Below, in pieces: positions 8,181 through 16,770 of a DNA stretch of 61,616 nucleotides. Source of the DNA: Bacilli bacterium (GTDB lineage: Bacteria; Bacillota_I; Bacilli_A; RF39; UBA660); the NCBI GenBank assembly GCA_016283075.1, contig JAEEMF010000069.1, positions 1 through 61,616 on the forward strand. Reading direction: 5' to 3'. A program made the translations under genes and the position numbers. How positions within the stretch are numbered: position 1 is the first letter of the stretch; the number at the start of each line of letters is the position of its first letter. Below the pieces are notes generated by a model that saw nothing but the letters and a program-made list of their open reading frames with translations, had not been told where the DNA came from and did no database searches.

Positions 8181-9506
8181 ATGAAAACATTAGAGGAAAT
8201 TAAAAAGTACAAAGAGTTTATTTTTGATAGATATACAGTAGATTATGTAGATAATAAAATGGTGATTAATTATTATTATGAAATACCTGGTTTATCTACT
8301 TTTAATCATAAAATAGAGATCCCATATACAAGTAGAGTATTTGATAAAGAGTTTGCTTCTTACCTTGCATTTAATATAGGTGTAATGGAAATAGTAAGTT
8401 ATTATAAATGCGCTATTCCTAAAACTATTACTATTAAATGTGGATATTTAGATGAAAATCAAAAAGAATTCTTTAAAAAGATTTATTACTATGGTTTAGG
8501 AGAGTTCTTTTACCGTAATAATATAGAAGTAAGTTATGATGATTTTGTTACTATTAACTCTACTGGTGATAAGAAAGAATATAAACCTACTTATAACGGA
8601 GTAGGTAATATGATAGCAATAGGTGGAGGAAAAGATTCTTGTGTTACTTTAGAACTATTAAAAGATGAAAAAAATAATTCTTGTTTTATAATTAATCCTA
8701 AAGAAGTACAACTTAAATGTGCAGAAGTAGCGGGATATACCGATACTGATATTATTTCTATAAAAAGAGTTATTGATAAAAACTTAATTAAACTTAATGA
8801 AGAAGGATACTTAAATGGACATACTCCTTTTTCTGCTATGGTAGCTTTTGTATCTTTCTTAGCTGCATATCTTAATAATAGAAAATATATTGTACTTTCT
8901 AATGAATCAAGTGCTAATGAATCTAATGTTGATGGTACTAAGATAAACCATCAATATTCTAAAACATATGAATTTGAAAATGACTTTAATAACTATGCTA
9001 AAAAGTACTTTAATGTAGATATTAAGTATTTCTCATTCTTAAGACCACTTACTGAATATCAAATAGGTATGTTATTTTCTAAATTTGAAAAATATCATAC
9101 TATATTTAAAAGTTGTAATGTAGGTAGTAAGGATTCTAAGTGGAACTGGTGTGGAAAATGTGCTAAATGTTTATTTGTTTATACACTACTTAGTCCTTAT
9201 TTATATAAAGATAAGCTAATTAATATATTTGGGAAAGATTTATTTGAAGATGAGGAGTTACTCCAAATATTTACAGAACTTATAGGTAAAGGAGAAAATA
9301 AACCTTTTGACTGTGTAGGAACTTATGAAGAAGTTAATTATGCAGTAAGTAAAACTATAAAAAATATAAAAGGAGATCTTCCTTACTTACTAAAATATTA
9401 TAAAGATAATTTTAAACTAACTGATGATTTAAATATAGAGAAAAGATATAACAATGAGAATAATCTAGATTCCCACTTTAATGAAATATTAAGGAGGTAT
9501 ATATAG
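8181..9506 (+). CDS. PP-loop (adenine-nucleotide alpha-hydrolase-like) protein, candidate MurL-type UDP-MurNAc-L-Ala-L-Glu epimerase
   Basis: GGGKDSCV PP-loop-like motif and C-terminal CGKCAKC. The stop overlaps the start of the MurD-type ligase by 1 nt. The MurL assignment is inferred from architecture and neighbourhood only. Confidence 0.5.
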   Translation: MKTLEEIKKYKEFIFDRYTVDYVDNKMVINYYYEIPGLSTFNHKIEIPYTSRVFDKEFASYLAFNIGVMEIVSYYKCAIPKTITIKCGYLDENQKEFFKKIYYYGLGEFFYRNNIEVSYDDFVTINSTGDKKEYKPTYNGVGNMIAIGGGKDSCVTLELLKDEKNNSCFIINPKEVQLKCAEVAGYTDTDIISIKRVIDKNLIKLNEEGYLNGHTPFSAMVAFVSFLAAYLNNRKYIVLSNESSANESNVDGTKINHQYSKTYEFENDFNNYAKKYFNVDIKYFSFLRPLTEYQIGMLFSKFEKYHTIFKSCNVGSKDSKWNWCGKCAKCLFVYTLLSPYLYKDKLINIFGKDLFEDEELLQIFTELIGKGENKPFDCVGTYEEVNYAVSKTIKNIKGDLPYLLKYYKDNFKLTDDLNIEKRYNNENNLDSHFNEILRRYI

Positions 9507-10843
9507 TGATAGAACGTATTGTAAATTTACTTAAAGGTAAGAAAATTGCTATATTAGGATTTGGTAGAGAAGGAGTATCTTCATACGAATTTATTACTAA
9601 ATATGTTGATAATCCTGATATTACAGTTATTGATAAAGATACATCTTTACTTTCTAAATATGATTATTTAAATGAAAGTAATAGTGTTTTAGGAGATAAC
9701 TATCTTGATAATTTAAATAAATATGATTTAATTATTAAGACTCCTGGTATTTCTTTAAAAGATATAGATATAACAGGTATTAAAGATAGAATTACTTCTC
9801 AAGTAGAATTACTTTTAAAAGCAAATAAAGAAAAAGTAATAGGAGTAACAGGTACTAAAGGTAAAAGTACTACTTCATCTTTAATATATGAAATAATTAA
9901 AGAACAGAATGAAAACACTATATTAGTAGGGAATATTGGTCTTCCAATATTATCTAATATAGAAAACTGTGATGAAGATACAATAATAGTTGCAGAAATG
10001 TCATCACATCAACTTGAATACATAGATGTATCTCCACATATAGGAGTTATTCTTAATCTATTTGAAGATCATTTAGATCATGCTGGATCAGTAGAACATT
10101 ATCATGATATAAAATTAAATATGTTTAGATATCAAAATGATAATGACTATATGATATATTGTTCTAATAATAAAACATTAGATAATTTAATAAAGAAAAA
10201 TAATTTCAAAGGAATTAAATATACAGTCAATCCTTATGGAAGTGCTAGTATTACTATTAAAGATAATTATGTAGTATTTAATGATACTAGAATATATGAT
10301 ATTAATTCTAAAAGAAATTTACTTGGTAAACATAATTTAGAAAATATAATGACAGCCTTAACTGTAGCAATAATACTTAATCTAGATATAGATAGAGCAA
10401 TAAGTATTATTAATACTTTTAAAGGATTACCTTATAGATTAGAAAATATAGGTACAGTAGATGAAGTAACATATTATACAGATACACTTGCTACTATTCC
10501 AGAAGCAACAGAAGAAGCAACTAAATCATTAAATGATATAGATACTTTAATATTTGGAGGAATGGATAGAGGTATATCTTATGAAGGATTTGCTGATTAT
10601 CTAAATAGTACAAGTATAAGAAACTTTATTTGTATGCCAGAAACAGGACATACTATAGGTAAAGATCTTATTAATAAGAATGTTTATTTTGTAGAAACAT
10701 TAGAAGAAGCAGTAAAAATGGCCAAAGAAGTAACTGCTAAAGGTAAAATATGTTTGCTTTCTCCAGCAGCATCTAGTTATAATAGTTTTAAAAACTATGC
10801 TGAAAAAGGAGATAAGTATAAAGAGTTAGTTTATGATAAATAG
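9506..10843 (+). CDS. murD: UDP-N-acetylmuramoyl-L-alanine--glutamate ligase (MurD or MurD2 type)
   Basis: GTG start 8 nt after AGGAGG. Mur ligase motifs GVTGTKGKSTT, GNIG and HQLEY; typical length of 445 aa. Confidence 0.85.
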   Translation: MIERIVNLLKGKKIAILGFGREGVSSYEFITKYVDNPDITVIDKDTSLLSKYDYLNESNSVLGDNYLDNLNKYDLIIKTPGISLKDIDITGIKDRITSQVELLLKANKEKVIGVTGTKGKSTTSSLIYEIIKEQNENTILVGNIGLPILSNIENCDEDTIIVAEMSSHQLEYIDVSPHIGVILNLFEDHLDHAGSVEHYHDIKLNMFRYQNDNDYMIYCSNNKTLDNLIKKNNFKGIKYTVNPYGSASITIKDNYVVFNDTRIYDINSKRNLLGKHNLENIMTALTVAIILNLDIDRAISIINTFKGLPYRLENIGTVDEVTYYTDTLATIPEATEEATKSLNDIDTLIFGGMDRGISYEGFADYLNSTSIRNFICMPETGHTIGKDLINKNVYFVETLEEAVKMAKEVTAKGKICLLSPAASSYNSFKNYAEKGDKYKELVYDK

Positions 10844-10854
10844 TAGGTGGCAAG

Positions 10855-12624
10855 ATGAGACTTAATAAATTACACGCTATAAGAGATTTTTTCGAAGGGC
10901 TTTTTAAAGGAAAGCATCCTGATGAACCTTGGCTTGATTATTATTCAGAAGAAGATAGATCTATTAAATTTACTAATAAAAGGATTTATGATTATTTAAA
11001 GGATAGTGTAGGAGTTGATACTGATTTTGTAGCAATTAACTACTTTAATTCACGTATAAGATATTATGAATTCTTTGATAGAATAGATAAAACTAGTAAA
11101 GCACTATTACATTATGGAGTAAAACAAGGTGACATTGTAACAATATGTATGCCTAATACTCCTGAGGCAGTAATTATGTTTTATGCAATAAATAAAATAG
11201 GTGCAGTATCAGATATGATTCATCCATTATCTGCTCCAGAACAAGTAAGAACTTATTTAGAACAATCTAAGTCTAAAGTAATGATGCTAGTAGATTTTGA
11301 TTATGATAAGTATAAAGATGTTATAAAAGAATCATCTTTAAAGAAAGTAATAATTGTTTCTGTTGCAGACTCAATGCCTATGTCTACAGCAGTTTTATAT
11401 CAAGTTTTTAAAGGACTTGGTATAAAGAAACCTAAGTATAATCAAAATGACTTATATCAAACATATAGTGACTTTGTTAATCAAGGTTCTATGTATAATA
11501 AAAATATTAATAATACAACTAAATGTAAGGATGTAGCAATTATTCTTCATAGTGGTGGATCTACAGGCACTCCTAAAGGAATAGAAATAACTAATTATAG
11601 TTTTAATGCTTTTATGCAGCAAGCATCTATAGTTGTATATAATGTAAGACCTAAAGATAGAATTGTTTCAATACTTCCAATATTCCATGGATTTGGCTTA
11701 GGAGCATGTGTACACTGCCCGCTATGTTTAAAAGTAGAAACAATTTTAGTACCAGAATTTGATGGTAAAAGATTTCCTAGAATGATGAAAATGTATAAAC
11801 CAAATGTACTAGTTGGAGTTCCAACACTTTGGGAAGCAATGCTAAGTAATAAAAACTTTGATAATGTAGATTTATCAAATCTAAAATATGTTGTTAGTGG
11901 CGGAGATTATTTATCTATTCAAATGGAAGAAAGAATGAATACATTCTTAAGAACACATGGTGCAAATATCTCCATGACTAAAGGATATGGTATGACAGAA
12001 TCGGTTGCTGCAACAGCATATACCTTTGATGGAGCAAATGTTCCTGGTTCAGTAGGTATCCCAATAGTAGGTAATACTTTTTGTATATGTAAGCCTGATA
12101 CAACAGAAGAACTACCTTTCGGAGAAGAAGGAGAAATATGTGTAACAGGACCTACACTTATGAAAGGATATCTTAATAATAAAGAAGAAACAAATAAAAT
12201 GCTTATTAAACATAAAGATGGTAAAGTATATCTTCATTCAGGAGATTTAGGATATATATCAGCAGATGGAATTCTATTCTTTACTCAAAGATTAAAAAGA
12301 ATGATAGTATCATCTGGATTTAACGTATATCCAGCTGCCATAGAAAAAACAATAAATAAGCATGAAGCAGTAGAAAAAGTATGTGTAATAGGTGTACCAC
12401 ATCCATATAAAATGCATGTACCAAAAGCATTTATAGTTTTAAAAGAAGGATATAAACAGTCACCTAAATTATTAAGTGAAATAAAAGAATTATGTAAAAA
12501 AGATTTAGCCGCATACTCTATACCTAAATTATTTGAGTTTAGAGATAACCTTCCTAAAACTCTATATGGTAAAGTAGATTTTAAATCTTTAGAAAAAGAA
12601 GAAACTAAAAAAGAAGAAAAATAG
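10855..12624 (+). CDS. AMP-dependent synthetase/ligase (acyl-CoA synthetase-like)
   Basis: AMP-binding motifs SGGSTGTPKG, GYGMTE and GDLGY. Confidence 0.85.
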   Translation: MRLNKLHAIRDFFEGLFKGKHPDEPWLDYYSEEDRSIKFTNKRIYDYLKDSVGVDTDFVAINYFNSRIRYYEFFDRIDKTSKALLHYGVKQGDIVTICMPNTPEAVIMFYAINKIGAVSDMIHPLSAPEQVRTYLEQSKSKVMMLVDFDYDKYKDVIKESSLKKVIIVSVADSMPMSTAVLYQVFKGLGIKKPKYNQNDLYQTYSDFVNQGSMYNKNINNTTKCKDVAIILHSGGSTGTPKGIEITNYSFNAFMQQASIVVYNVRPKDRIVSILPIFHGFGLGACVHCPLCLKVETILVPEFDGKRFPRMMKMYKPNVLVGVPTLWEAMLSNKNFDNVDLSNLKYVVSGGDYLSIQMEERMNTFLRTHGANISMTKGYGMTESVAATAYTFDGANVPGSVGIPIVGNTFCICKPDTTEELPFGEEGEICVTGPTLMKGYLNNKEETNKMLIKHKDGKVYLHSGDLGYISADGILFFTQRLKRMIVSSGFNVYPAAIEKTINKHEAVEKVCVIGVPHPYKMHVPKAFIVLKEGYKQSPKLLSEIKELCKKDLAAYSIPKLFEFRDNLPKTLYGKVDFKSLEKEETKKEEK

Positions 12625-12677
12625 TATTTTCTTCTTTTTTATGTTAAAATAAAAGCACAAAGAGGTAGGTGATTATT

Positions 12678-13496
12678 GTGAAAGTAACTACAATAATTGA
12701 TAGAGATAAGGATAATGTTTTAGAAGCAGCTGAAGTACGTAAAAAAATACATGATTCTATGAAACAAGAAGTAGAGTGGGATCCAGTAATTGCTACTGAA
12801 AAAAGTTTAAATTCTGATGATGCATTATATGTTAGTAGAAGTAGAAGAAATAATACTGATTTCTTTCTAGCTATTGGAGATGATAAATTAGTTCATGATA
12901 GTATGGATGGGCTTATTTATTCTAATACCAAGTTTGGTATAATTCCTTTTGGTTCAAGAAATAATATATATGACAAATTAAAAGGAAAGAAAAACTTTAG
13001 TTTAAGTGTTGGAGGTATTAATAGAACTATCTTCGTAGATAAGATGAATATGGGTATTAATCTTCAAAAAGAAAGTAAGTACTATAATGCACATAAATTT
13101 AAAAGATTATTTAGAAAAGGCTCTTATACTCCTTTTAAAACTAATTTTAAATTAGATGGACATAGTATTACCGATGAATCAGATAATATATTCTTCTTAC
13201 AAATAGAAAATAATATAGAAGAAAGATGTTTTGATATATATCTAATTAGAAATATAGATGAAAACTCTTTATATAAAATATTTGATTTAATGAATAAATG
13301 TTCTTTAAAAGAAATACCATACGTAGAACATTTTGGTGGTATGTTTGTAGATATTAATTCTAAAGATGAACTTGAATATTCCTATGACGGAATTAAAGAT
13401 AAAGATAAAGATATAAAAATAGAGATGAAAAGAGATGCAATTAACTTTATAAATACTGATAAAGTTATTGAGGAAATAAGTAAGAAAAGTAGATAA
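12678..13496 (+). CDS. hypothetical protein with degenerate diacylglycerol/lipid kinase-like motifs
   Basis: AIGDDKLVHDSMDGL and IPFGSRNN resemble the GGDGT and IPxGTGN motifs of DAGK_cat but are degenerate. Start is uncertain (GTG 12669 in the ORF track; GTG 12678 has better spacing from AGGTGA). Confidence 0.5.
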   Translation: MKVTTIIDRDKDNVLEAAEVRKKIHDSMKQEVEWDPVIATEKSLNSDDALYVSRSRRNNTDFFLAIGDDKLVHDSMDGLIYSNTKFGIIPFGSRNNIYDKLKGKKNFSLSVGGINRTIFVDKMNMGINLQKESKYYNAHKFKRLFRKGSYTPFKTNFKLDGHSITDESDNIFFLQIENNIEERCFDIYLIRNIDENSLYKIFDLMNKCSLKEIPYVEHFGGMFVDINSKDELEYSYDGIKDKDKDIKIEMKRDAINFINTDKVIEEISKKSR

Positions 13497-13543
13497 TATA
13501 TTATTTCTTATGATATAATTGTTTTAATAGATAAGGTGATGTT

Positions 13544-14125
13544 ATGAAGATAACTTCTGTTGATTTAAAAATAAGTGCAGTTAGACGTAGTCAGTATCCA
13601 ACTGATAACAAACCAGAATTTTTAATGGTAGGTAGATCTAATGTTGGTAAAAGTAGTTTTATTAATACAATTATTAATAGAAAAAATTTTGCTCGTACAT
13701 CTGCAACACCAGGTAAAACTCAAACAATTAACTTTTATTTAGTAAATGATAAGTTTTATTTAGTAGATGCTCCTGGATATGGATATGCTAGTTTAAATAA
13801 AGCTAAAACTAAAAAATTTGGTTTAATGATGGAAGATTATTTAACATCAAGAACTAATCTAAAACAAGTATTTATGTTAATAGATTTTAGACATAAACCA
13901 ACTAGTGATGATATCATGATGTACAACTATTTAAAGTATTATAAATTACCAGTTACTATTATTGCTACTAAAGTAGATAAAATAGGTGTAACAATGCAAC
14001 AAAAACAACGTAAGATGATACTTGATGAATTAGATCTTGTTGTAGGGGATGAATTTGTATTATTCTCTAATGTTACTAAACTAGGTAAAGAAGATATAAC
14101 TAAAAAAATTGAAAGAATACTATAA
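13544..14125 (+). CDS. engB: ribosome-biogenesis GTPase YsxC/EngB
   Basis: G1 GRSNVGKSS, G3 DAPGYG, G4 TKVDK; typical size. Confidence 0.9.
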   Translation: MKITSVDLKISAVRRSQYPTDNKPEFLMVGRSNVGKSSFINTIINRKNFARTSATPGKTQTINFYLVNDKFYLVDAPGYGYASLNKAKTKKFGLMMEDYLTSRTNLKQVFMLIDFRHKPTSDDIMMYNYLKYYKLPVTIIATKVDKIGVTMQQKQRKMILDELDLVVGDEFVLFSNVTKLGKEDITKKIERIL

Positions 14126-14137
14126 AGTATTCTTTTT
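14112..14137 (+). terminator. rho-independent terminator after engB
   Basis: AAAGAATAC / GTATTCTTT stem with a T-run. Confidence 0.65.
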
Positions 14138-14140
14138 CAC

Positions 14141-14169
14141 TTGATTAATTATATTATTTATAATAATAT
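14141..14169 (+). promoter_or_regulatory. promoter of candidate antitoxin sRNA copy 1 (TTGATT-17-TAATAT)
   Basis: -35 at 14141-14146, 17-nt spacer, -10 at 14164-14169. Confidence 0.5.
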
Positions 14170-14175
14170 AAATAT

Positions 14176-14244
14176 AGGAATACCTAATTTTCGCATGTTA
14201 GGTGTTACCGTGTGGTAGACCTAACTAACTAGTTAGGTTTTTTT
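14176..14244 (+). ncRNA. candidate antisense small RNA 1 (~69 nt), putative type I antitoxin
   Basis: Start predicted from its own promoter. 5' hairpin ACCUAA...UUAGGU. Terminator CCTAAC-TAACTA-GTTAGG followed by T7 (14238-14244). Convergent with the peptide gene and complementary to the region downstream of it. Confidence 0.5.
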
Positions 14245-14245
14245 G

Positions 14246-14329
14246 TTATTTCATCATCATTATTATGATTGATAATAGGATGAAGATGATAACTACTAAA
14301 GAAGAGATTAAAAAATCTTTTTTAGTCAT
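14246..14329 (-). CDS. 27-aa hydrophobic peptide MTKKDFLISSLVVIIFILLSIIIMMMK, candidate type I toxin (copy 1)
   Basis: GGAGGTGG lies 4 nt upstream of the ATG. Single TM-like helix with N-terminal KK and C-terminal K. Copy 2 encodes an identical peptide with one synonymous change. Below the ORF-track size cutoff. Confidence 0.55.
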   Translation of the reverse strand: MTKKDFLISSLVVIIFILLSIIIMMMK

Positions 14330-14444
14330 AGTACCACCTCCCTTCGAAGATAACACCTAACATTTAGATACTCCTACATTAATATGATACGAGAAAACTT
14401 TCCCATATCCTTTTTTTATACTTAATTTTTTTATTATAGTTATC

Positions 14445-14472
14445 TTGACATATATAACTAATATGATATTAT
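14445..14472 (+). promoter_or_regulatory. promoter of candidate antitoxin sRNA copy 2 (TTGACA-16-TGaTATTAT)
   Basis: -35 at 14445-14450, extended TG at 14464-14465, -10 at 14467-14472. The predicted start maps to the same repeat position as in copy 1. Confidence 0.55.
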
Positions 14473-14478
14473 GAATAT

Positions 14479-14547
14479 AGGAATACCTAATTTTCGTAGG
14501 TTAGGTGTTACCGTTTGGGAACCCTAACTAACTAGTTAGGTTTTTTT
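14479..14547 (+). ncRNA. candidate antisense small RNA 2
   Basis: Same architecture as copy 1, with terminator T-run at 14541-14547. Confidence 0.5.
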
Positions 14548-14548
14548 G

Positions 14549-14632
14549 TTATTTCATCATCATTATTATGATTGATAATAGGATGAAGATGATAACTACT
14601 AAAGAAGAAATTAAAAAATCTTTTTTAGTCAT
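14549..14632 (-). CDS. 27-aa hydrophobic peptide, candidate type I toxin (copy 2)
   Basis: Same peptide and same GGAGGTGG RBS as copy 1. Confidence 0.55.
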   Translation of the reverse strand: MTKKDFLISSLVVIIFILLSIIIMMMK

Positions 14633-14774
14633 AGTACCACCTCCCTTCGAAGATAACACCTAACATTTAGATACTCCTACATTAATATGATACGGCAAAA
14701 CCTTCTCATATCCTTTTTTATTATAAATATTTTGAAATTATGGTAAAATGAAAGTGTTATTTGTAGGAGGATTT

Positions 14775-15314
14775 ATGAAAATAGTATATTATGTACATGG
14801 TACTACTTATGATAATGCTTCTAAGAAATGTAGTGGTCATAAAGATGTAGAGTTAAATGATTTAGGTAAGGAGCAAGCTATTAATTTAGGAAAGAATACT
14901 CCATATAAATTTGATGTTCTTTTTACTTCAGATTTAAAAAGAGCAATTACTTCTAGTGAGTTAGCATTTCCTTTATATAGTTCCATACCTGATAGTAGAT
15001 TAAGAGAATGTAATTATGGGGATTTTGACGGAGAGGATAAGAGTTTAGTTGTATATGAAGAACACGTGGATACTCCTTTTCCAAACGGAGAATCTTTAAA
15101 AGATGTTGAAAAAAGAGTTAGAGATTTCTTAAAAGAAATATATGATAAATATAAGGATAAAACCATTGGAATAATAGCTCATAGAGCGCCTCAGCTTGCT
15201 ATAGAAGTTATTACTAAACATATTACCTGGGAAGAAGCTAATAAGAATGACTGGAGAAAAACAGGTTCTTGGCAACCAGGATGGGAGTATACTCTAAATA
15301 AAGAAGATTTATAA
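14775..15314 (+). CDS. histidine phosphatase (phosphoglycerate mutase-like) family protein
   Basis: N-terminal YVHGTTYDN (RHG-like motif, with V replacing R) and distal AHRAP His motif. AGGAGG lies 5 nt before ATG 14775, so the ORF-track start at 14748 is probably an extension. Confidence 0.7.
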   Translation: MKIVYYVHGTTYDNASKKCSGHKDVELNDLGKEQAINLGKNTPYKFDVLFTSDLKRAITSSELAFPLYSSIPDSRLRECNYGDFDGEDKSLVVYEEHVDTPFPNGESLKDVEKRVRDFLKEIYDKYKDKTIGIIAHRAPQLAIEVITKHITWEEANKNDWRKTGSWQPGWEYTLNKEDL

Positions 15315-15422
15315 ACATTGCAAATGCAATGTTTTTATTTGTGTAAACTAAAAGAATATGTTATAATAACCTAGCGTTTTTGAAATATATTTATGTTATA
15401 ATTTAGAAAAGAGGTGGCTTTT

Positions 15423-16742
15423 ATGAAAAAACCAGTTGTTGCTTTAGTAGGTAGACCAAATGTAGGTAAATCAACTATCTTTAATAGACTAGTCGGAAAG
15501 AAAATATCTATTATAGAAGATACTCCAGGTATTACTAGAGATCGTATATATGGAACTGTTACTTTTAATAATAGAAGTTTTCATTTAATTGATACAGGTG
15601 GTATTGATTTAGCTAATGAATCGTTTAATGATGAAATTAAAGTTCAAGCTGAACTTGCTATTGAAGAAGCAGATATCGTTTTATTTGTTGTAGATGGAAA
15701 AGAAGGATTAACAAGTAATGACTTTGCTGTTAGAGATATTCTTTTAAAGACAGATAAAAAGGTTATAGTAGTAATAAATAAGTGTGATAGTAAAGAATCT
15801 AGAGATAATATATATGATTTCTATGAACTAGGTTTTGATAATTATATGACTATTTCTGGTGAACAAAATGAAGGTATTTGGGATTTAGAAGAAGAAATTA
15901 CAAAAGACTTCAAAGAAGATGAAGCTGAAGAAGAAGATCCACGTATTAAGTTTTGTATTATTGGTAGACCAAATGTAGGTAAAAGTAGTTTAGTTAATGC
16001 AATATTAAATGAAGAAAGAGTTATTGTATCAGATGTAGCAGGTACTACTAGAGATTCTGTAGATACTCCTTTTACTTATCATGGCGAAGAATATGTAGTA
16101 ATAGATACTGCAGGTATGAGAAAACGTGGTAAGGTTTGGGAGAATGTAGAAAAATATAGTTTACTTAGAAGTATGAGAGCTATTGATAGAGCTGATGTTT
16201 GTTGTATAGTAATTAATGCTGAAGAAGGTATTATTGAACACGATAAACATATTGCTGGATATGCTCTAGAAGCTGGTAAAGCAGTAGTACTAGTTGTAAA
16301 CAAATGGGATATGATAGAAGATAAAGAAGCTAAGATGAAAGAGTTTAAGGAAGACTTAAGAAATAACTTCCAGTTCATGAGTTATGCTCCAATAGTATTC
16401 TTATCTGCTAAAACTCATAAAAGAGTACATACATTAATGCCTGAAATATTAAAGGTATATGAAAATGCTAACAGAAATATTCCTACTAACTTGTTAAATG
16501 ATGTTATAAGAGATGCATATAATTTAAATTTACCACCAACATATAAAGGTAAAAGACTTAAAATATACTTCTCTGTTCAAGCATCTAACTGTCCACCAAC
16601 ATTTAATATACAGGTAAATAGTAAGGGACTTGTTCATTTCTCTTATGAAAGATATATTGAAAATAAACTAAGAGAGTCTTTTGATTTTGAAGGTACTCCT
16701 ATAGTTATTCAGTGGAAAAATAAAGGAGAGCAAGAACTATAG
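15423..16742 (+). CDS. der: ribosome-associated GTPase Der/EngA
   Basis: Two GTPase domains (GRPNVGKST/NKCD and GRPNVGKSS/NKWD) plus a KH-like C-terminus. ATG 15423 follows AGAGGTGG. Confidence 0.92.
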   Translation: MKKPVVALVGRPNVGKSTIFNRLVGKKISIIEDTPGITRDRIYGTVTFNNRSFHLIDTGGIDLANESFNDEIKVQAELAIEEADIVLFVVDGKEGLTSNDFAVRDILLKTDKKVIVVINKCDSKESRDNIYDFYELGFDNYMTISGEQNEGIWDLEEEITKDFKEDEAEEEDPRIKFCIIGRPNVGKSSLVNAILNEERVIVSDVAGTTRDSVDTPFTYHGEEYVVIDTAGMRKRGKVWENVEKYSLLRSMRAIDRADVCCIVINAEEGIIEHDKHIAGYALEAGKAVVLVVNKWDMIEDKEAKMKEFKEDLRNNFQFMSYAPIVFLSAKTHKRVHTLMPEILKVYENANRNIPTNLLNDVIRDAYNLNLPPTYKGKRLKIYFSVQASNCPPTFNIQVNSKGLVHFSYERYIENKLRESFDFEGTPIVIQWKNKGEQEL

Positions 16743-16770
16743 TTTTTGCTTTTTTTATAGAGGTGATTAT

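Larger units (their letters stand above)
14174..14422. repeat. tandem repeat unit 1 (type I TA-like module)
   Basis: Matches 14477-14724 closely at a 303-bp offset. Confidence 0.9.
14477..14724. repeat. tandem repeat unit 2 (type I TA-like module)
   Basis: See 14174-14422. Confidence 0.9.

Noticed and set aside
14174-14724. Possibility that the 303-bp-period repeats are a CRISPR array, a riboswitch pair or an IS remnant
   Set aside because: There are only two long units with no short repeat-spacer structure. No conserved riboswitch core was recognised, and there are no terminal inverted repeats or transposase. A peptide ORF with a convergent sRNA explains all the elements.
14748-14774. N-terminal extensions given by the ORF track (14748, 15414, 18788, 22284, 25666, 32459, 37571, 38847, 47380, 51105, 54305, 56601, 59337)
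   Set aside because: In each case a downstream ATG has a proper SD at 5-9 nt. The extension either overlaps a terminator, T-box, promoter or upstream ORF, or adds residues absent from the conserved N-terminus of the family.
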